A stretch of DNA of 32,000 nt, from positions 3,780,001-3,812,000 of the forward strand of contig NZ_LN831039.1 in NCBI RefSeq assembly GCF_001457595.1. The letters run 5' to 3'. The notes under the pieces are model-generated. The model ran no database searches and was not told the DNA's origin. It saw only the letters and a list, made by a program, of their open reading frames with translations. The DNA comes from Mycolicibacterium smegmatis (GTDB lineage: Bacteria > Actinomycetota > Actinomycetes > Mycobacteriales > Mycobacteriaceae). Shown here in pieces: positions 26,974 through 32,000 of the stretch (position 1 is its first letter; every line of letters begins with the position of its first letter). The translations under genes and the position numbers were made by a program.

Positions 26974-27756
26974 GTGCCAACTTTCACCCGCTATGTCGCA
27001 CTGGGAGACAGCCAGACCGAGGGGTTGTGGGACGGCGACGACACCGTCGGGTTGAGGGGATTCGCCGACCGCCTCGCAGAAGAACTCGACCGGCTGCATC
27101 CAGGGCTGGCCTACGCGAACCTGGCGATCCGCGGCAGACGGATCCGCGACGTACTCCACGAGCAGTTGCCGCAGGCCCTGGCGATGGAACCCGATCTGGT
27201 CACGGTCTGCGTCGGCATGAACGATGTGACCCGGCCGGGACGCTCGTTCGGCGATGCGCTGCTGGACCTCGAACGCCTCTATGCCGCACTGGCACAGACC
27301 GGCGCCACGGTGGTGACCACCACGTTCCCCGACATCGTGCGGATCCTGCCGGTCGGCCGCCTGCTCAACGGGCGGGTCCTGCTGATCAACGACGCGATCC
27401 GCGATGCGACGCAGCGGCACGGCTTCCGCCTGGTGGATCTCTACACCGCACCGTCGATGAACGAGATCGAGACCTGGAGCCCCGACCGCGTACACGGCTC
27501 ACCGCGGGGACACATGTTGTTCGCCGCCGCTGCCGCCGAGGCGCTGGAACTACCTGGCAGCAGCCATGATTGGGCACTTCCGAGCGCGTCCGCCGAACCC
27601 GGGTCGTTCAGGTCCCGTGCGCGCTCTCAGGTGCTGTGGACCCAGAACATGCTTTTGCCGTGGGCGTGGCGGCATCTGCGCGGCCGGTCGAGCGGTGACG
27701 GCCGCACGCCGCGACGGCCTGCGCTGGCCCAACTGGATGACGAACTGACCAACTAG
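26974..27756 (+). CDS. SGNH/GDSL-family hydrolase
   Basis: 260 aa. Block I VALGDSQTEG, VTVCVGMNDV, C-terminal DRVHGSPRGH. Confidence 0.9.
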   Translation: MPTFTRYVALGDSQTEGLWDGDDTVGLRGFADRLAEELDRLHPGLAYANLAIRGRRIRDVLHEQLPQALAMEPDLVTVCVGMNDVTRPGRSFGDALLDLERLYAALAQTGATVVTTTFPDIVRILPVGRLLNGRVLLINDAIRDATQRHGFRLVDLYTAPSMNEIETWSPDRVHGSPRGHMLFAAAAAEALELPGSSHDWALPSASAEPGSFRSRARSQVLWTQNMLLPWAWRHLRGRSSGDGRTPRRPALAQLDDELTN

Positions 27757-28208
27757 AAACCGAACATCGGCCACGGCAGGTTCATCGGCAGGTCGGGCGG
27801 CACGCCCTGACTGAGCCTCGACACCATCGCCGGGCAGAACATCGACACCGCGATCCCGGTGAACATCGTGGCGGGCCCCAGCGGCATGCCACCCGTGTCG
27901 GCGACGGTCGACGCGACATCGGCGGCGCTCTGCCCCTGTTCGGCGAGCATCGGGCACACCGCCTCACCCATCGCGGCCGCCTGAGCCGGATCGACCGCGT
28001 TGACACCGGCCTGGCCGAGGGCGTCGGGGAAGGCCTGATCGGTGGGCGCGCCGGGAGCTCCGGGGACGGGCACCGCAGGGTCCATCGGAATCCCTGGAAC
28101 GGCGGGGTCGGCCGGGTCTGCAAGGGCCGGAGCGGCACCGATCATCGAGCCCATCAGACCGGCCATCACGACCGGGAGGACACCGAGGGCCCGAAGGTTT
28201 CTACGCAT
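27753..28208 (-). CDS. Secreted DUF732-like small protein
   Basis: 151 aa. Signal peptide MRRNLRALGVLPVVMAGLMGSMIGAAPALADP, P/A-rich segment, two mature-domain Cys. Confidence 0.72.
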   Translation of the reverse strand: MRRNLRALGVLPVVMAGLMGSMIGAAPALADPADPAVPGIPMDPAVPVPGAPGAPTDQAFPDALGQAGVNAVDPAQAAAMGEAVCPMLAEQGQSAADVASTVADTGGMPLGPATMFTGIAVSMFCPAMVSRLSQGVPPDLPMNLPWPMFGF

Positions 28209-28218
28209 CCTTGGATCG

Positions 28219-28243
28219 TACGGGCCGCGGCGTCGCGGCCGTG
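28219..28243. terminator. Terminator-like hairpin between two minus-strand genes
   Basis: AC(g)GGCCGCG-gcgt-CGCGGCCGT immediately downstream of the stop at 28245. Confidence 0.45.
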
Positions 28244-28244
28244 T

Positions 28245-28808
28245 TCAGATACCGGTCCAGGACGAGTCGAGTTCCTCGGCAACGTCGATCACCTTGGCCT
28301 TTTCCGATTCCGGGCTGTCGATCTCACCCGCGACATGGGCGGCGATGAAGCGCTTGATCTCGGCGTCCACGCCGGCCAGGATGCGCAGCACCTCGGCCCG
28401 CAACGATTTGGACGTGACGTGAATCGCGATGTCGGACGGCCGCGGCTTCTTGACGTCCAAGATCAGCAACAGCGGTTTGGCCGCGAGCGCATGTGCACGC
28501 AGCGCGATCTCGCCGAACACCATGAACCGAGGGCGGTCGATGCGCAGATCGATGACCATGTCGATCTCCAGCGGGATCCGGATGGTGAACACGATGGTCT
28601 CGCCGATCTCCCGGCTCACGCGCGGCTTCTGGATCTTGACCCGTGCGGTGACCTTCGCGATCTTGCCCGGCCCCTGTGCGATGGGACCTATCTCGAACTC
28701 GTCGCCTGCGATCGCGCCGATCGCGTCGCCGACGCGGTCCTCGGATACGGCAACCTCGAAGAACCGTCGCCCGAATTCCTCGTAGGTGATGTAGTCGTGG
28801 TCAGCCAT
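28245..28808 (-). CDS. Conserved hypothetical protein
   Basis: 187-aa uninterrupted ORF (MADHDYITYEEFGRRFFEVAVSEDRVGDAIGAIAGDEFEIGPI...). No motif recognised. Confidence 0.75.
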   Translation of the reverse strand: MADHDYITYEEFGRRFFEVAVSEDRVGDAIGAIAGDEFEIGPIAQGPGKIAKVTARVKIQKPRVSREIGETIVFTIRIPLEIDMVIDLRIDRPRFMVFGEIALRAHALAAKPLLLILDVKKPRPSDIAIHVTSKSLRAEVLRILAGVDAEIKRFIAAHVAGEIDSPESEKAKVIDVAEELDSSWTGI

Positions 28809-28839
28809 GGTCTGACTACGGTCTCACGTCGCGCACACG

Positions 28840-28853
28840 CGGCGGTACCGCCG
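28840..28853. promoter_or_regulatory. Perfect 14-bp palindrome bracketed by direct repeats
   Basis: CGGCGGTACCGCCG, with ACACGCGG at 28835-28842 and again at 28862-28869. Confidence 0.35.
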
Positions 28854-28875
28854 GGCCGGTGACACGCGGTCCCGC

Positions 28876-29745
28876 TCACCCGTCGCGCGCGGCGTCGTCG
28901 ACGAAGTACCGCACCCGGCGGATCCCGGTCGGGGTCAGGTCGGCGATCAGCACGGCACGCCCGGCCTCGGAATCGATGCCGGCGACCGCGCTCGCGCCCG
29001 ACACGATCACCTTGCGCCAGGACCCGCCGGCCGTCATCGCCGTCAGCTTCGAGGCGCCCAGCGGTGCGGACTCGCCGGACTGCACGCGCGCGTCGCGTCG
29101 CAAGGTGCGCCGCACCGAGACCTCGTCACCGGCGCACAGATCGTCGAGCAGCCTGATGAAGCGGCGCCTGCCGTGGGTGCGCGGCCGCGCACCCACGCCG
29201 CGGAAACCGGCCGCGAATCCGACCGCACCGACCGGGCCCTGGTTGCGCAGCAGGTCACCGGCGAGTTGCAGACCGACCGGGACCGCGCGGGTGCCGTTGC
29301 GCACGAACTGGACGACCATGGCGGGCAGCTCCCAGTACGCCTGCAGTTCGGCGATCCGGGGTCCGGCGCCGGTCTCGGTGTCGGTTTCGGTGTCCTGCAG
29401 CGCGTAGCGCAGGTACGCCGGGATCCGCATGGTCACCGCGGCGTTCCCGGTGCCCGGGTCGGCGGCCCCCATCGCGACCTCGAGCTCGAGGTCGCGGATC
29501 ACCGTGCTGCCTGCGACGATGTCGACGTCACGGTGGAAGGTGATGTCACGTGGGCCGATGAAGGTGTCGTAGAACTGCGCGATCTCGGCGGGTCCCCGGT
29601 GCGGCCGCGAACCCACCGGATCCTCGATCCGTCCGCCGTCAGCGAACAGACCCACCCATGCGTCCCGGTCGTGCACGGCCGCAGCCTGCGGTGATCGTTC
29701 GACCGCGGTCAGCAGCTCGGCACGTGTCGGACCCATAGGCATCAT
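28876..29745 (-). CDS. SnoaL/NTF2-like (ketosteroid isomerase-like) domain protein
   Basis: 289 aa. HDRDAWVGLFADGGRIEDPVGSRPHRGPAEIAQFYDTFIGPRDITFHRDVDIV is typical of the SnoaL fold. Confidence 0.72.
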   Translation of the reverse strand: MMPMGPTRAELLTAVERSPQAAAVHDRDAWVGLFADGGRIEDPVGSRPHRGPAEIAQFYDTFIGPRDITFHRDVDIVAGSTVIRDLELEVAMGAADPGTGNAAVTMRIPAYLRYALQDTETDTETGAGPRIAELQAYWELPAMVVQFVRNGTRAVPVGLQLAGDLLRNQGPVGAVGFAAGFRGVGARPRTHGRRRFIRLLDDLCAGDEVSVRRTLRRDARVQSGESAPLGASKLTAMTAGGSWRKVIVSGASAVAGIDSEAGRAVLIADLTPTGIRRVRYFVDDAARDG

Positions 29746-29814
29746 TTACCATCCCCCGGCCCGTTGGGGACGCGCACACTGGAGGTTGACCACCGTTCGG
29801 CTGAGGAGGACGCG

Positions 29815-30246
29815 ATGAGCGGTAACGGACCTTTCGGATTCGACCCCGAGGATTTCGACCGGGTCGCGCGTGAGGCGGGTGAAGGTCTGCGCGACGCCCT
29901 CGACCAGATCAGCAGGATGTTCACCACGTCCGGGGAGCGTGCCGGACTGGCCGGGTTGCTCGACGAGTTCTCGCGGTTCTCCCGGCCGAGGACGGAGCCC
30001 GAGACCACGGGCGAGAAGGGCGACGGGGTGTGGGCGATCTACACCGTCGACGACGAGGGCGGCGCTCACATCGAGCAGGTGTTCCCCACCGAGCTCGACG
30101 CGTTGCGGGCCAACGCGAGCAACACCGACCCCTCACGCCGTGTGCGGTTCCTGCCGTACGGCATCGCGGTGAGCGTGCTCGACACGACACCACGATCCTC
30201 TGGTTCGGCCACCGACGCGGATTCGGGTGCCGCCACAGACGACTGA
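29815..30246 (+). CDS. Conserved hypothetical protein
   Basis: 143 aa from ATG 29815 (MSGNGPFGFDPEDFDRVAREAGEGLRDALDQISRMF...) with GAGGAGG upstream. Confidence 0.72.
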   Translation: MSGNGPFGFDPEDFDRVAREAGEGLRDALDQISRMFTTSGERAGLAGLLDEFSRFSRPRTEPETTGEKGDGVWAIYTVDDEGGAHIEQVFPTELDALRANASNTDPSRRVRFLPYGIAVSVLDTTPRSSGSATDADSGAATDD

Positions 30247-30347
30247 TCGGGGCGCAAAAGGCGACGGGTCGGCGCGGACACCGGTTACGCTTCTGCCCCA
30301 AGGGGCCCGCCTGCGTTCAGGCCGGCCGGCAGAGCTGAGGGTGGAGC

Positions 30348-30773
30348 ATGATTCGCGAACTTCTCGTGGCGACGGCGGTCGCCGGTGCCGCGCTGGCAAC
30401 GGCATCCGCGGCGGCGGCCGACGACGACAGCAACATGTACTTCGACGAGCCCGGTCGCTATTCGACGGACGTGCCCGGCATGAGCTACGAGGCGCACATG
30501 GGCGCGCCGTGCTTCAGCTGGGACCGCAACGTGTTCGGCCGGGGTCCAGGCGGAGTGGCCATGCAGTGCAAGTGGATCCCCAACCAGTGGCCGCCCGTCT
30601 CCACCGGGTTCTGGACGTATTCGTACCCGCTGCACGGCGTGCAGGACATCGGCGCGCCGTGCCCCGGCCCGCAGGCCGCGGCCCAGTCACCTGACGGCAG
30701 GCCCATGCTGTGCCTCGGCGAGCGCGGCTGGCAGCCGGGCGTGTTCACGGGGGACGGCTTCTTCCCGGTGTGA
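30348..30773 (+). CDS. Secreted Cys-containing hypothetical protein
   Basis: 141 aa. Signal peptide MIRELLVATAVAGAALATASAAAADD and four cysteines in the mature part. Confidence 0.78.
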   Translation: MIRELLVATAVAGAALATASAAAADDDSNMYFDEPGRYSTDVPGMSYEAHMGAPCFSWDRNVFGRGPGGVAMQCKWIPNQWPPVSTGFWTYSYPLHGVQDIGAPCPGPQAAAQSPDGRPMLCLGERGWQPGVFTGDGFFPV

Positions 30774-30789
30774 TCCCGGCCGTCCCAGG

Positions 30790-30816
30790 CCATACGCACA
30801 GGCGCTTGTCGTATGG
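30790..30816. promoter_or_regulatory. Operator-like inverted repeat upstream of fadD1-like gene
   Basis: CCATACG-c-ACA-GGCGCT-TGT-CGTATGG. Confidence 0.5.
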
Positions 30817-30845
30817 TCTTGGGACCCACGTCACACAGGAGTGCC

Positions 30846-32000
30846 ATGAGCGTTTCTTTCGATCTGTCCACGGTGTTTTCCACGGTGGCCGCGGCGGTGC
30901 CCGACCAGACCTTCGTGGTGTGGCGTGACCGCCGGTTGACCTACGCCCAGTTCGACGCGCACGTCGACGGTTTCGCACACTTCCTCGTCTCGGCGGGCCT
31001 CGGCGTGCACACCGAACGCGCCGCGCTCGCCGGCCACGAGTCGGGCCAGGACCATCTCGGCATCTACCTGCGCAACGGCAACGAGTACCTCGAGGCGATG
31101 ATCGGCAGTTACCGCGCGCGGGTCGCCCCGTTCAACGTCAGCTACCGCTACGTCGAGGAGGAGCTGCTCTACCTGCTCACCGATTCCAACGCCCGCGCCC
31201 TGGTCTACAACGCCGAGTTCGCACCACGCGTCGCCGCGATCCGCGACCGGTTGCCCAATCTCGCGGTGCTCATCCAGGTCGCCGACGATTCCGGAAACGA
31301 ATTGCTGTCCGGCGCAGTCGATTACGAGGCGATCCTGGGCACCCCTGAACCCGAGGGCGGGATGCCGGTGCCGTCGGGTGACGACCTCTACATCCTCTAC
31401 ACGGGCGGCACCACCGGCATGCCCAAGGGCGTGCTGTGGCGTCAGCACGACATCTTCCTGTCGTCGATGGGCGGACGTCCGTTCGGCGCCGAGAACTTCC
31501 TGAGCTCATACGAGGAACTGGCCGACAAGGCCCGCGCGTCGGCGGGCGCGATGTCGATGCTGATGATCCCGCCGTTCATGCACGGCGCCGCGCAGTGGGC
31601 CTCCTACACCGCGATCACGATGGGCGGAAAACTCGTGATCCCCGACGATGTGGTGCGCCTGCGCCCGGACGCGGCGTTGCGACTCGCCGAACGTGAACGC
31701 GTGATGAGCATTCCGGTTGTCGGCGACGCCATCGCCCGCCCGTTGATCGACGAGATCGAGGGCGGGAACTACGACCTGTCCGGGCTGGTCACCATCAGCA
31801 ACGGCGGCGCACCGCTGTCCCCGACCGTGCGGTCGCGCATTTTGGCGGCCCTGCCGCACCTGCTGCTGCTCGACGCGGTGGGCGCCTCGGAATCGGGCGC
31901 CCAGATGAGTGCGTACACCACCAGTGGCGCCGAGACCCAGCCCGCGACGTTCACGCCGCAACCCGACACCGCCGTGGTGTCCGAGGACCTCACCCGCGTG
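30846..32000 (+). CDS. fadD1: Acyl-CoA synthetase / fatty-acid-CoA ligase, FadD1-like (continues beyond window)
   Basis: From ATG 30846. AMP-binding motif YILYTGGTTGMPKGVLWRQHD; open at the window end, so absent from the ORF track. Confidence 0.85.
   Translation, partial: MSVSFDLSTVFSTVAAAVPDQTFVVWRDRRLTYAQFDAHVDGFAHFLVSAGLGVHTERAALAGHESGQDHLGIYLRNGNEYLEAMIGSYRARVAPFNVSYRYVEEELLYLLTDSNARALVYNAEFAPRVAAIRDRLPNLAVLIQVADDSGNELLSGAVDYEAILGTPEPEGGMPVPSGDDLYILYTGGTTGMPKGVLWRQHDIFLSSMGGRPFGAENFLSSYEELADKARASAGAMSMLMIPPFMHGAAQWASYTAITMGGKLVIPDDVVRLRPDAALRLAERERVMSIPVVGDAIARPLIDEIEGGNYDLSGLVTISNGGAPLSPTVRSRILAALPHLLLLDAVGASESGAQMSAYTTSGAETQPATFTPQPDTAVVSEDLTRV

Noticed and set aside
1-32000. CRISPR arrays, tRNA/rRNA genes, IS/transposase ends, prophage, toxin-antitoxin or BGC signatures
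   Set aside because: No regularly spaced repeats, no tRNA T-loop consensus, and no transposase, integrase, Cas, NRPS/PKS or TA proteins found on either strand.

Overview
This 32 kb, GC-rich window is almost certainly chromosomal DNA from a fast-growing Mycobacterium (M. smegmatis-like). Gene content and order match from memory the secA2 ... Rv1819c/Rv1817/Rv1816/Rv1815/Rv1814 ... malQ neighbourhood of mycobacteria. It starts inside secA2 (minus strand). It then contains: a tandem pair of BacA/Rv1819c-like ABC exporter-fold transporters; a FAD dehydrogenase + VOC pair behind a TetR gene; a Ddn-like protein; a secreted trypsin-like protease; a bulb-lectin + LysM protein; a five-gene minus-strand run (carboxylesterase, sterol-desaturase family, TrkA-C regulator, cation/H+ antiporter, FAD oxidoreductase); a paired SMR transporter; an MFS transporter; malQ; a ferritin-like metal hydrolase + ferredoxin-reductase + PknF-like kinase operon; several small secreted proteins; a NUDIX hydrolase; an SGNH hydrolase; and it ends inside a fadD1-like acyl-CoA ligase. 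I found no CRISPR array, tRNA/rRNA, IS element, prophage or recognisable defence island. No single undescribed system is provable from the sequence. The best leads are (i) a nested 59-nt hairpin at 25486-25544 beside a small protein with an internal tandem duplication, (ii) a structured leader with three related GTTACGCAC-type motifs and a small upstream ORF at 26255-26540, (iii) a KstR-like palindrome at 7538-7551, (iv) the duplicated BacA-like transporter, and (v) the intact three-site lectin-LysM protein. Most very long ORFs in the supplied track that oppose these genes are GC-rich shadow ORFs.
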